The position numbers and the translations under genes were made by a program. Shown piece by piece: positions 1 to 9,485 of a stretch of 64,000 bases of DNA (positions are counted from its first letter, which is position 1; each line of letters opens with the position of its first letter). Under the pieces are notes generated by a model. The model ran no database searches. It was not told the origin of the DNA and was given only the letters and a program-made list of their open reading frames with translations. The stretch comes from Candidatus Hydrothermarchaeales archaeon (GTDB lineage: Archaea; Hydrothermarchaeota; Hydrothermarchaeia; Hydrothermarchaeales; JAZGAD01), in assembly GCA_036444275.1 (NCBI GenBank), contig JAZGAD010000028.1:27742-91741 (forward strand), read 5' to 3'.

Positions 1-1281
1 GTAGCTTATATATATGCTCCCTACCACTTGGTAGATGTTTACGTTCGCGGTGCCTTCGGTGAGTTCCTCTCGTTTGGACTAATCCCACTGGTGTTATGGT
101 CTTTTTACAGACTTGCAAATACGGGGGATAGAAGGTATGCGGTGAGCGCTGCCCTTTCTTACGCCCTGCTAATAACAACACACAATGTGAATGCACTTAT
201 TTTCACCCCGATATTTTTACTTTATATAGTTTTTTTACGCTCGAAAGAAAGGCGTAGGCATGACTTCGCCAAGTTCGCTTTTCTGGCAATGTTATATGGC
301 ATCGGACTAAGCGCGTTTTACTGGCTCCCAGCGTTATATGAAAGTCAGTTTATACAGATTTACAGGACAACCTATGGTTACTTTGGCTATCCTCTGCATT
401 TCGTTTATCCAAAACAGCTATTTTTACCGTACTGGGGCTATGGTTATAGCGTGCCTGGCATAAAGGATGAGATGTCTTTCCAAATAGGCACGGCATATGT
501 AATGCTGTCGCTTCTATCTGTGGTGCTCATTAAAAGGGCGGGAGAAAAGCATCGGGTAGCAAAACCCCACATAACCCTATTTCTAATAATTACGGCTATA
601 GGTATAATGCTCATGCTACCGGCGTCTACGCCTGTATGGGCGCTCTTGCCCTATGTAGAGTTCATTCAATTTCCATGGCGCATGCTGGGCGTAACGATGC
701 TAACGACCTCTTTTTTATGCGGCGCAACTACACTATTATTCGAAGATAGGCTGAAAGACCTGGCAGTCCTATTTTTATTATTGATACTAATCCTTCCCCC
801 ATTAGGTTATGCAAAGGCCAATTACACTCATATCAACGAATCAAAGTGGACTCCTGAAAGAATTTTGGAATCAGGCTATAGCGCTACTGCCCGAAACGAT
901 TATTTGCCAATCACTGTCTTGGAAATAACTAATAAATCTGCACCCGACAGGATATCTGTGATATCGGGAAATGCTATAGTCGAACTTCTTGAACACAGAG
1001 CAACTGTATATCGAATTAGAGTACACGCAGATACGAAAGCAGAGATCAGGGTCGACAATTACTGGTTCCCAGGCTGGAGGACATATGTGGATGATATGGA
1101 GGTCGAGATAAAGGACAATAAGTTCGGTGTCATACAGTTCGAAGTTCCTACTGGCAATCATATAGTTTTAATTAGATTTGAAGATACATTCATAAGAAAA
1201 GTTGGGAAGGCGGTGTCTTATATGTCCCTGTTGTTGCTTTCTGCTCTCTATTTTTACGAAAGGGAAACCTCTCGAATATAA
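1..1281 (+). CDS. YfhO/PTPS-related-like polytopic membrane protein, putative GT-C glycosyltransferase (5'-truncated by window)
   Basis: Frame is open from base 1 (VAYIYAPYHLVDVYVRGAFGE). It has many TM segments, the motifs LSAFYWLP and IQFPWR, and a C-terminal 'WFPGWRTYVD...VPTGNHIVLIRF' domain typical of YfhO-like proteins. Confidence 0.7.
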   Translation, partial: VAYIYAPYHLVDVYVRGAFGEFLSFGLIPLVLWSFYRLANTGDRRYAVSAALSYALLITTHNVNALIFTPIFLLYIVFLRSKERRRHDFAKFAFLAMLYGIGLSAFYWLPALYESQFIQIYRTTYGYFGYPLHFVYPKQLFLPYWGYGYSVPGIKDEMSFQIGTAYVMLSLLSVVLIKRAGEKHRVAKPHITLFLIITAIGIMLMLPASTPVWALLPYVEFIQFPWRMLGVTMLTTSFLCGATTLLFEDRLKDLAVLFLLLILILPPLGYAKANYTHINESKWTPERILESGYSATARNDYLPITVLEITNKSAPDRISVISGNAIVELLEHRATVYRIRVHADTKAEIRVDNYWFPGWRTYVDDMEVEIKDNKFGVIQFEVPTGNHIVLIRFEDTFIRKVGKAVSYMSLLLLSALYFYERETSRI

Positions 1282-2642
1282 ACTACGGCAACTTCATCTC
1301 GATATGTCTCTTCCCAATATCTGCTTTCGAGAAGGATTACGTCTAAGGGCTCGCCTATAGGGATCAGAACGATGCTGACCTCATGTTTATCCAGAACCTC
1401 TCTCCACTTAGGTTCAATGCGATGCACGGTGAGGTATTCGTATATAAAATCCCCATACATATCTGCCCTTCCATCAATAAAAACCCTATAATTTGGATAG
1501 AGGCGCAATATAGCGTAGCCCCCCCAGTGGTATACATTATACATATTCCCGGAATAGTTGTTTTCTAAAAGAAAGTCTACAGCATTTTCAGGGAACCTAT
1601 TAGGCTGGGGTGAAGTCGCCAAAGCACTGCCGATTGTGAAATAAGCGTATAGAAAAGATATTGTGCCCAGAATGACGAAGGTATAAAGAAAGCCCCTTAG
1701 GAATATCCTGTTAACTCTAATATCGACTCCATCGAGGTATCCTCTTACAGTGCTTTCAGTATACTTGGCGATTATTGGAGCGCACACTAAGGCGTAAAGG
1801 GAGATATTCCTAGTAGCGAAGAGGGAGAGATGGGTGAAGATAATGAGCAAGATGAGGTCTCTATTACTTACTTTTATTTTAGATTTCGCCAGCGCTATAA
1901 TACTCAGCAACAGCATAGCTTCATAGGTACTGAACTGATGGAAAATAGGTGAACGCCATTCCAGGATGAATTTTGCATGGATGGATTCATAGGCGTACTG
2001 AATAGGGTATAAAAGCAGCTTATAGGTGTACGGGTTGAATAAGGAGGCAAATGTACATGCACCAGTAATATAGACGAGTTTCCTAGATTTTGAGGTAAGA
2101 GCATAGATTCCAGTTAATAAAATGCCCAGGATGAAGCCACCATGGAGATTCGCCCAAAGCAACATCAAAATCGGCAATGTCCAGAGCTTATCTATCCCCT
2201 TTGCATATAGATCTAGGATGTAGATATATACCGAGACTAAGGCAAAGGTAAAAATCATGGGACGCTCTAACCAAGCACCTTTACTCATTTCTATAACCGC
2301 TAAAATGAGTAGTATGTTGAAGAAAGGGCTTGTAAAAAATGATGATCTCTTATATAAAAAGCCGAATGCAATGAGTATAGCTAAGGCTTTTAAAAGCACC
2401 AAACCCTTGAAGCCTAATGCTTCGTAGGACAAGAAGAATATTACCTCGGATAGCCACTCATGATCAAGCCACTCCGTCCCATAGTTAGTATGGGAAAAGA
2501 CATCTATGCGGGGTATTTCGCGATTTTCAAGGATGTATCTTCCAGTGGATAGATGCCACCAAAGATCGTAGTCAGTTATGGGGCTGATGGAAGTGAGGAC
2601 AATAATGACGAAAAGGCTCAAAATGGCGAGTTTTTTAATCAT
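1254..2642 (-). CDS. Polytopic GT-C-fold membrane protein (STT3/AglB-like architecture)
   Basis: N-terminal DYDLWWHL...GR motif after TM1, HEWL, WANLHGGF, about 11 TM segments, and a soluble C-terminal domain containing YHWGGY...FIDGR. Confidence 0.65.
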   Translation of the reverse strand: MIKKLAILSLFVIIVLTSISPITDYDLWWHLSTGRYILENREIPRIDVFSHTNYGTEWLDHEWLSEVIFFLSYEALGFKGLVLLKALAILIAFGFLYKRSSFFTSPFFNILLILAVIEMSKGAWLERPMIFTFALVSVYIYILDLYAKGIDKLWTLPILMLLWANLHGGFILGILLTGIYALTSKSRKLVYITGACTFASLFNPYTYKLLLYPIQYAYESIHAKFILEWRSPIFHQFSTYEAMLLLSIIALAKSKIKVSNRDLILLIIFTHLSLFATRNISLYALVCAPIIAKYTESTVRGYLDGVDIRVNRIFLRGFLYTFVILGTISFLYAYFTIGSALATSPQPNRFPENAVDFLLENNYSGNMYNVYHWGGYAILRLYPNYRVFIDGRADMYGDFIYEYLTVHRIEPKWREVLDKHEVSIVLIPIGEPLDVILLESRYWEETYRDEVAVVYIREVSLS

Positions 2643-2681
2643 ATTTTAGCCTAGCGCCCTCGATTATGTCTTCGCCGTTAT

Positions 2682-2701
2682 AAAAAAGAAAAAAAGAAAA
2701 A
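2682..2701 (-). terminator. Oligo-T terminator downstream of the pilin gene
   Basis: The + strand reads aaaaaagaaaaaaagaaaaa, a T-tract on the minus strand about 40 nt after the pilin stop. Confidence 0.55.
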
Positions 2702-2742
2702 TAAGAACGCCCTATAAATGCTATTTCGCTCGTTCGGCGTTC

Positions 2743-2973
2743 TTACGACGTCATTCCTGCTATCTCGTTTGTTATTATGCTTTGCATCTCCGTAGTAGCA
2801 TTGCCGGTTGAAGCCTCCAGTCTCTCTCCAGCTGTTCTCGTCATCCTTGAGTAGATGGCGAAGATTACCACGGCTGCCACTATGATGCCACCAGCTAGCA
2901 GAATGTACTCGATGGCACCTTGCGCTTCTTCTTCTTTCAAAAATCTCTTTAACATTTTTTTACTAACCTCCAT
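2743..2973 (-). CDS. Archaeal type IV pilin with class III signal peptide
   Basis: KRFLKEEEA|QGAIEY with +1 Q and +5 E, followed by a hydrophobic helix. The mature protein is ~59 aa and carries the sequon N-A-T. Confidence 0.9.
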   Translation of the reverse strand: MEVSKKMLKRFLKEEEAQGAIEYILLAGGIIVAAVVIFAIYSRMTRTAGERLEASTGNATTEMQSIITNEIAGMTS

Positions 2974-3007
2974 TTCCCGTTATTAAACAGCAAATACACT
3001 CGTCTAC

Positions 3008-3015
3008 TATATAAA
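3008..3015 (-). promoter_or_regulatory. TATA box of the pilin gene
   Basis: TTTATATA on the minus strand about 35 nt upstream of the pilin ATG. Confidence 0.55.
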
Positions 3016-3061
3016 GTAAATCTTTGCATATTTGTAAACTCTGGGTTTACGAATTTGTTAA

Positions 3062-4000
3062 TTAGAACATTGCCATCGCCTTTGGCATACCCGTCTTTAC
3101 TACTATGAAGACGACGTAGGCTATTAGGCCCATTGGCACCATAAATTTGAATCCCTTCTTCATACTACCGTACATGACAACACCCATCATTAGTGCAGAG
3201 CTAACAGCTTGTGCGACCACATAGAAGGTTAAAGCATCAACAACCTTGTATATCTCCCCTAGGGGGAATTGTCCGCCTAGGTCACTGGTCATGCTAGCCA
3301 TTACATCCGGTAAGGCAGCGACTACACCCATGACAAACGGCCCTGCCATAAGGGATGCCATAGCCAAGAAGGATATCTGCTGGGAAGTCAGGGTCTTTCT
3401 TTCTCTCTGGATTGTTCTCACTGCACGCATGTCATCGCTAACCTCGTCGAGGACATCGCTAATAGGCCCACCGAACTCAACCCCCTCTAACAGGAGGTGC
3501 ATGGCTCTACTCACTTCTTTGGAGCCAACCTTGTTTGAAAACGCCATAAGAGCATCCTTAAGGGATCGTCCCCGCCGCATCTCCACCACTATCTGAGCGA
3601 ATTCTTCTGACAACGGACCGTATTCGGATTCAGATATCTCCTTTATCACACTCTCCAACACGAGCCCGGTTCTTATCGCTACAGACATATGATGAAGGGC
3701 GTCTGGAAGCGCTTCCTCTACACTCTCCCTCCTCTTATCAGCCTGCATCCGTGGGATAACCATCATTGCGGCTACGGCTCCTAAGAATATTCCAACGCCA
3801 ACGACAAATGAAATGAGTAAAGACACCACTAGGAAAAGAACTGCGCCAATAAACAGGAAGATTCCGATCCATTCAACTGCTGAAAATGCTAGATTGGCAT
3901 TAGCTAGCGACATGTCCAGATCTCGTCGGACCTTGTCAGGCACTAAAAACCGCGGGATACGGATCCTCTTTACCACGCCCGTAATTCGATTCTCAGCCAT
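3062..4000 (-). CDS. Type II secretion system F / TadB-TadC-like pilus platform protein
   Basis: LPDALHHMSVAIRTG...YGPLSEEF...G.SL motif and TM helices. Confidence 0.9.
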   Translation of the reverse strand: MAENRITGVVKRIRIPRFLVPDKVRRDLDMSLANANLAFSAVEWIGIFLFIGAVLFLVVSLLISFVVGVGIFLGAVAAMMVIPRMQADKRRESVEEALPDALHHMSVAIRTGLVLESVIKEISESEYGPLSEEFAQIVVEMRRGRSLKDALMAFSNKVGSKEVSRAMHLLLEGVEFGGPISDVLDEVSDDMRAVRTIQRERKTLTSQQISFLAMASLMAGPFVMGVVAALPDVMASMTSDLGGQFPLGEIYKVVDALTFYVVAQAVSSALMMGVVMYGSMKKGFKFMVPMGLIAYVVFIVVKTGMPKAMAMF

Positions 4001-4024
4001 CTCTCTATCTCCTTTCTTTTCACC

Positions 4025-5155
4025 TTACACTTTAGGTTCAAACCTCTTTATCATGATGGACATATAAACACCGATTCCGAAGAAAGCCATATAGAGTAGC
4101 CACATAATCTCAGGCGATATGGGCAGGCCTTTCATTGCTATCCCAAAGGCTATCACCAGGGTTGTTATAAGCACAGGCGCTACTACGACGGCGAACATGT
4201 ACATCATGGAGAAGGTATTCAGGATCTGTATGAAGTCTTTGAGCTTCATCCTCATCTCGGTAGAAACTTCTTCTGCTATGACCTTCAGGGTATTTGCCAA
4301 ATTACCACCTGTGCGCAGAGTCGAGATTATCTGCCTCGATGCCTTCTTTAGGCCATCAGACTCTACGCGCAGATTCATCCTCTCGTAGGCCTCCTCTATG
4401 GTGGCACCCCTCTCTATTTCCAATATAGCCCTCTTGAATTCCTCGCTGAGAACACCGTAATCACTCATCGATACCGAACGCATAGTTTCCAATAGTCCTG
4501 AGCCGGAAGTGAGCTGCGTAGACATGTGCCTGAGAGCGAATGGCAATTCCCTGCTGAAGCCATCAGACCGCCCTTTCACCTTAGACTTGGGATACATCTT
4601 CGCGAATATTAGAGTAAACAAGGCAATAGGCAAAGCAAGAACCAACCCTAAGGCACCACCAGAAGCGCCCAGTACAGTGGCCAGGCCAATGCTGAAGACT
4701 ATGCCGAAAACGACTCCAGTAATAACGCTGACGCCTACAGAAAGTGCTATGTACTTCGAAGCAGGCATCAAGATATTTGCCCGGTATAAGTCCTCTTGTA
4801 TATTTGTGAAAAATGAGGACGGCCCAGCAGTATAGCCTGAGAAGAGATCCGAGATAATGTCAATCAGCCTCGCAGAGAAGGGCACCTTCAGTTCTTCTCT
4901 GTCAAGCTGGAATTCCGGCTTAACCTCTTCCTCAATCTCTGTACTAACAGCCTCCTTGATCTTGGTGAGCTTCTCCTCCATTGCTTTACGCCTATCGCTA
5001 TCTGTTTCCTTCTGCCGATCCAACAGGGCCCTTGCTGCTGCATCCTGCTCTTTGAAGACCGTGGATAGCTCTGCAGCCCTGCGGTAGGCTCTCTCGGCTC
5101 CACTCAACGTGCTCTCTCCAACCCGATCCACAAGCCTCAACAAAATATTCGCCAT
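4025..5155 (-). CDS. Type II secretion system F / TadB-TadC-like pilus platform protein
   Basis: ELPFALRHMSTQLTSG...YGVLSEEF...TGGNLA motif and TM helices. Confidence 0.9.
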   Translation of the reverse strand: MANILLRLVDRVGESTLSGAERAYRRAAELSTVFKEQDAAARALLDRQKETDSDRRKAMEEKLTKIKEAVSTEIEEEVKPEFQLDREELKVPFSARLIDIISDLFSGYTAGPSSFFTNIQEDLYRANILMPASKYIALSVGVSVITGVVFGIVFSIGLATVLGASGGALGLVLALPIALFTLIFAKMYPKSKVKGRSDGFSRELPFALRHMSTQLTSGSGLLETMRSVSMSDYGVLSEEFKRAILEIERGATIEEAYERMNLRVESDGLKKASRQIISTLRTGGNLANTLKVIAEEVSTEMRMKLKDFIQILNTFSMMYMFAVVVAPVLITTLVIAFGIAMKGLPISPEIMWLLYMAFFGIGVYMSIMIKRFEPKV

Positions 5156-5158
5156 TTT

Positions 5159-8100
5159 TTACCTCAGCCCCCCAATCTCGGTGAGCATCTCTTCAGGGTT
5201 AGTATAGTACCTATTGAAGACCTTAGCGACTTCAGCTATATGGGTAATATCGTGACCAAGCATCCATTCTAGCACTGCCTTTCTCCTCCGCATCTCCTCG
5301 TTGAATTCTTCCATACTAATCCCCTTGAGCCTCGCTATCTTCTGTTTCAAAATGCTCGGGGTACCAGTCGGTTTTAGGTCGTCTTGCCTTGGGTCCCATT
5401 CATAGACATTGTTGAGAAGCACTCTGTCTTTCTCTACGCCGCCGACTTCAGCAACCTCAGTTATCCTTCTTAGTGTCGCCCCCTCATGATAAATCTTGTT
5501 CTCCATGAGTATAAGATCCAATGCTGGAAGCATGATACTCGGGACATTCATAGGCGGGTTAGTGAGCCGTGTCACTGTCTCCCTCGCGCTGTTGGAGTGC
5601 AAAGTACCCATACAGCCATCATGACCAGTGTTCATGGCTGTAAACAATGTACGTGCCTCTTCACCTCGCACCTCGCCGACGATTATCCGGTCAGGACGCA
5701 TACGAAGAGTATTCTTGACGAGGTCATCCATAGTAACCTCTCCCTCGCCTTCTACATTCGGTGGCCTCGTTTCGAGCCTTACGCAGTGCTCTATAGGTAA
5801 ACGAAGCTCGGCTGTATCTTCAATGGTTATCACCCTATCGGTGCTGGGTATGAAAGAGCATAGGCAGTTCAGCGTAGTCGTCTTGCCGCTTCCGCTTCCA
5901 CCTGCAACAAGGATATTTCCTGGCTTGATGGCTAGGCCCTCAGCGACGAGCCAGAGGTAGGCACTTACCTCTGAATTTAAAGTCCTGAAGTTAATCAAGT
6001 TCACTACTGTAAGGGGATCTTTCCTGAACTTCCTTATAGTAAGGGTGGGCCCGGCGAGGGATATAGGGCGTACAGTAGCATTTACCCTTGAGCCATCAGA
6101 CAACCTCGCATCCAAGAGGGGGGTAGACCGATCTATTCTTCTGCCAACTGAGCTGGCGATCTTCTCTATTATTCTCACCGCGTCATCCTCGGTGTCGAAG
6201 GAGAGATTCGTCTTGCAGGTGCCGTATTTGCGGTGGTTTACATAGATAGGCTTCTTAGTTCCCACCATCATGATCTCTTCTAGGGAATCGTCTGCCAGTA
6301 GATACTCCAGGATTCCGTAGCCCGTCATGTCCAGAGCGATCATATTGGCTACGTCCTTCCGTTTGCTTGGTCCGATTGAGGTATATTTCTTCTCCATTAT
6401 CTCCAAGATTTTAGTAGTGAAGAGCTCCCTAGCCGCCTCCTTGTTCTTCAGGGTAGTGGGATCCACTTCTATATCGCTTATAGCCTGCTTCTCTATATCC
6501 CTAAGGAGTGCTTTTTCCTTCTTCGAAAGAGGCGGGAGGGGTATTATATATCTGAGATTCTTTTCCGCTCCTATCCTCACTACCTTGTGAGACGGCTCCC
6601 GTTCGATGACCTCCTCCATTTGTTCTGTAGATGACTCATCACCTATTATATCCTCCAAGAAGCTGTATGCGCCCTTCTTCGTTTCTTTCTTGGTCTCCTT
6701 ATCTTCCTTCTCCCCACTGAATTTGGCCAGCAATTTCTCTGGGGTTGTATAATACTCGTTTACCACGTGCCCCACGTCTTTGATGCCTCTTAGCCCCTCG
6801 CGAATGAGGTATTCCAGTACCTCTTTCCTCCTATTTAATTCCTCCTCCACCTCGCTCAGTTTAACACCCCTTAATTCAGCTAGCCTAGCCTTGAGAATGC
6901 TTGGCGTGCCAGTGGGTTTCACCTTGTCGTCCTTAGGATCCCACTCGAAGATTATATTCATCTGAATCCTGCCATCCTCTATGCCGGTCACCTCTGCTAT
7001 TTCTGTTATCCTCCTCACGGTCTTCCCCTTGTATGTGAACTTATTCTGCATTAGGATGAGATTCAGAGATGGTATCATCACAACCGGGACACTCATCGGG
7101 GCGCTGCTTAGCCTGGTAATAGTCTCCTTGGCGGTATTGGCATGTATGGTTCCAAGGCAGCCGCTCTGCCCGGTGTTCATAGAGGCTAGGAGCGTCTTAG
7201 CTTCGCCCCCCCTGACCTCGCCGACTATTATCCGGTCAGGACGCATACGAAGAGTATTCTTCAAGAGCATATCCATGTTCACCTCCCCACGGCCCTCGAT
7301 ATTCGGTGGCCTCGTCTCCAGCCTGACCCAGTGCTCCAGTGGCAATTGCAGCTCGGCTGTGTCCTCAATGGTTATCACCCTATCGGCGCTGGGTATGAAG
7401 AGACCCAGACAGTTCAGTGTAGTCGTCTTACCAGAGCCTGTTCCCCCCGAGACAAGGATGTTAGCTGGCTTCGCTCCATAGCCATCTACAGCCAGCCATA
7501 GGAATGACGCAAGCTCGGGTGTCAGGGTGCCGAAGTTGATTATATCTACAACAGTGAGGGGATCTGCCTTGAACTTCCTAATGGTGAGAGACGGGCCGTC
7601 AAGAGAGACCGGTCGAACAGTGGCGTTTACCCTTGAGCCATCAGACAGCCTCGCATCCAAGAGCGGCGCACTCAGATCCACGCGCCTCCCGATGGAACGA
7701 GCGATCCTGTCAATTATGCCTAGCGCTTCCTCATCTTCATCGAAGATTATGTTAGTCTTGCACATACCATGCTTCCGATGGTAGACATAGACGCTCTTCT
7801 TCGTTCCCACTAGCATTACTTCTTCCAGGGCATCGTCTAGGAGCAATGGCTCCAGGAGCCCGTATCCTACCATGTCCTGGACTATTAACTCTGCTAGCTC
7901 CCGCCTCTTGTGCTGTGGTATCCCTTTTGAATTAGAATCCACTAGCTTCATGACTTCGTTCAGGAAGACCTTTTTCTTCTTCTCCGGGTCCAAAATGCTC
8001 TCTGGATCTATGGTTATCTCTGCAATAGCCTTATTCTCGATCGTTTTAAGGATCTTCTTTTCCTTTTCGTCCAGCTCCGGTAAAGAGACCACATAGATAG

Positions 8101-8281
8101 GAGTCTTCTCATCCTTCTTCCTCACGATCTTGTATCCAAGTCCCTCTTCTATGACCTCTCCCTCGATCTCCTTCTCGAATTTACTGGCCCTGTCAACTAA
8201 GCCGAATAAATCGTATTCCTTTTCAAGGATCTCTCCCCCGTCTATATCCTCTATCCTTTTGCCCGAAAAACTAGGTGCCAT
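5159..8281 (-). CDS. CpaF/VirB11-family pilus ATPase with two tandem full-length ATPase units
   Basis: Two copies each of Walker A (GGTGSGKTT, GGSGSGKTT), Asp box (TIEDTAEL), Walker B (RMRPDRIIVGEVRG) and His box, 515 aa apart. Confidence 0.95.
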   Translation of the reverse strand: MAPSFSGKRIEDIDGGEILEKEYDLFGLVDRASKFEKEIEGEVIEEGLGYKIVRKKDEKTPIYVVSLPELDEKEKKILKTIENKAIAEITIDPESILDPEKKKKVFLNEVMKLVDSNSKGIPQHKRRELAELIVQDMVGYGLLEPLLLDDALEEVMLVGTKKSVYVYHRKHGMCKTNIIFDEDEEALGIIDRIARSIGRRVDLSAPLLDARLSDGSRVNATVRPVSLDGPSLTIRKFKADPLTVVDIINFGTLTPELASFLWLAVDGYGAKPANILVSGGTGSGKTTTLNCLGLFIPSADRVITIEDTAELQLPLEHWVRLETRPPNIEGRGEVNMDMLLKNTLRMRPDRIIVGEVRGGEAKTLLASMNTGQSGCLGTIHANTAKETITRLSSAPMSVPVVMIPSLNLILMQNKFTYKGKTVRRITEIAEVTGIEDGRIQMNIIFEWDPKDDKVKPTGTPSILKARLAELRGVKLSEVEEELNRRKEVLEYLIREGLRGIKDVGHVVNEYYTTPEKLLAKFSGEKEDKETKKETKKGAYSFLEDIIGDESSTEQMEEVIEREPSHKVVRIGAEKNLRYIIPLPPLSKKEKALLRDIEKQAISDIEVDPTTLKNKEAARELFTTKILEIMEKKYTSIGPSKRKDVANMIALDMTGYGILEYLLADDSLEEIMMVGTKKPIYVNHRKYGTCKTNLSFDTEDDAVRIIEKIASSVGRRIDRSTPLLDARLSDGSRVNATVRPISLAGPTLTIRKFRKDPLTVVNLINFRTLNSEVSAYLWLVAEGLAIKPGNILVAGGSGSGKTTTLNCLCSFIPSTDRVITIEDTAELRLPIEHCVRLETRPPNVEGEGEVTMDDLVKNTLRMRPDRIIVGEVRGEEARTLFTAMNTGHDGCMGTLHSNSARETVTRLTNPPMNVPSIMLPALDLILMENKIYHEGATLRRITEVAEVGGVEKDRVLLNNVYEWDPRQDDLKPTGTPSILKQKIARLKGISMEEFNEEMRRRKAVLEWMLGHDITHIAEVAKVFNRYYTNPEEMLTEIGGLR

Positions 8282-8309
8282 TTGACTCCCTATGTATATC
8301 GTATTCTTA

Positions 8310-9485
8310 CTATGTAAAAATATTTCTTAACTTAGAGGCTAAGGAAGCTTGCAATGCATGGTAATGGAGTACACCCTCAGCTGTCTCATTCGTTTTATAG
8401 TCAAAGGAAGCTGTCTCTTTAGAATAGAGCGAGTACTTAGAGTCCCTGCCAACTGCTATACAGGTATTCTCCCGAAGCTCAAGCATTACCCTTCCGCTCA
8501 CCCTTTCCTGGCTACTATCTATAAAGGCATCCAAGTCCTTCTTCAAGGGTTCAGTCCACAGGCCGGCATAGACTAGCTCGCTCCAGGCAGAGCCTACAGC
8601 CTCCTTGAATCGGAGCTCCTCCCTAGTCAGCACCAACTGCTCCAGCTGCGTATGTGCCGTGATGAGGGATATCGCCGCTGGACACTCATATACCTCTCTG
8701 GTCTTGATACCCAAAATGCGGTCTTCCACTATGTCTATCCTACCCACGCCGTGTCTCCCAGCGATGCCATTCATCTCTGCCACTAGATCAGCCGGTGGAA
8801 GTTTTTTTCCATTCAACGCCACTGGTACACCAGCTTCAAATGCTATTTCCACGACTTCGGTCTCAGCTACGGTTACCTTGGTCCACTCAAAGATTTCTTC
8901 TGGAGGTGGGTTATTCGGGTCTTCTAGGTCGCCGCCTTCTATGCTCCTGCCCCAGAGGTTTTCGTCTACACTGTAGGGCTTATCCAAATCCACTGGTATA
9001 GGTATGCCTTTCTCTTCAGCATATGCTATGCTCTCTTTTCTGGTGAGATTCAGCTCTCTAATAGGTGCTATAATTTGCATACCTGGTGCTTGTGACCTGA
9101 ATACTGTTTCAAACCTGAACTGGTCGTTTCCCTTGCCTGTAGCACCATGAGCTAAGGCATCTGCTCCCTCTTTCTTTGCGACCTCTACTACTTTGGATGC
9201 TATCAGGGGTCTGGCTAATGCCGTGCTCAAGGGATATCCTTCGTAAAGGGCATTTGCCTTCAATGCACGGAAAGCATAGTCCCTCGCGAATTCCCCCTTA
9301 ACATCGAGGGTAACGTGCTTTGCTACGCCCAGCGTCTCTGCCTTCTTTTCAGCTTCTTCTATGCTCTCTTTTGGTAGGCCTACATCCACAATGACGGTGA
9401 CGACATCGCATTCATACTTCTCCTTCAAGAGCTCTATACATACACTGGTATCTAATCCGCCGGAATAAGCTAGCACAGCCTTCAT
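8310..9485 (-). CDS. argG: Argininosuccinate synthase
   Basis: [22 protein letters not shown] and YSVDENLWG motifs. Confidence 0.97.
   Translation of the reverse strand: MKAVLAYSGGLDTSVCIELLKEKYECDVVTVIVDVGLPKESIEEAEKKAETLGVAKHVTLDVKGEFARDYAFRALKANALYEGYPLSTALARPLIASKVVEVAKKEGADALAHGATGKGNDQFRFETVFRSQAPGMQIIAPIRELNLTRKESIAYAEEKGIPIPVDLDKPYSVDENLWGRSIEGGDLEDPNNPPPEEIFEWTKVTVAETEVVEIAFEAGVPVALNGKKLPPADLVAEMNGIAGRHGVGRIDIVEDRILGIKTREVYECPAAISLITAHTQLEQLVLTREELRFKEAVGSAWSELVYAGLWTEPLKKDLDAFIDSSQERVSGRVMLELRENTCIAVGRDSKYSLYSKETASFDYKTNETAEGVLHYHALQASLASKLRNIFT

Noticed and set aside
5159-8281. KlbA-type intein as the explanation for the oversized ATPase
   Set aside because: Both His-box sites (TGHDG|C and TGQSG|C) are uninterrupted, there are no intein or LAGLIDADG motifs, and the extra length is a second ATPase unit.
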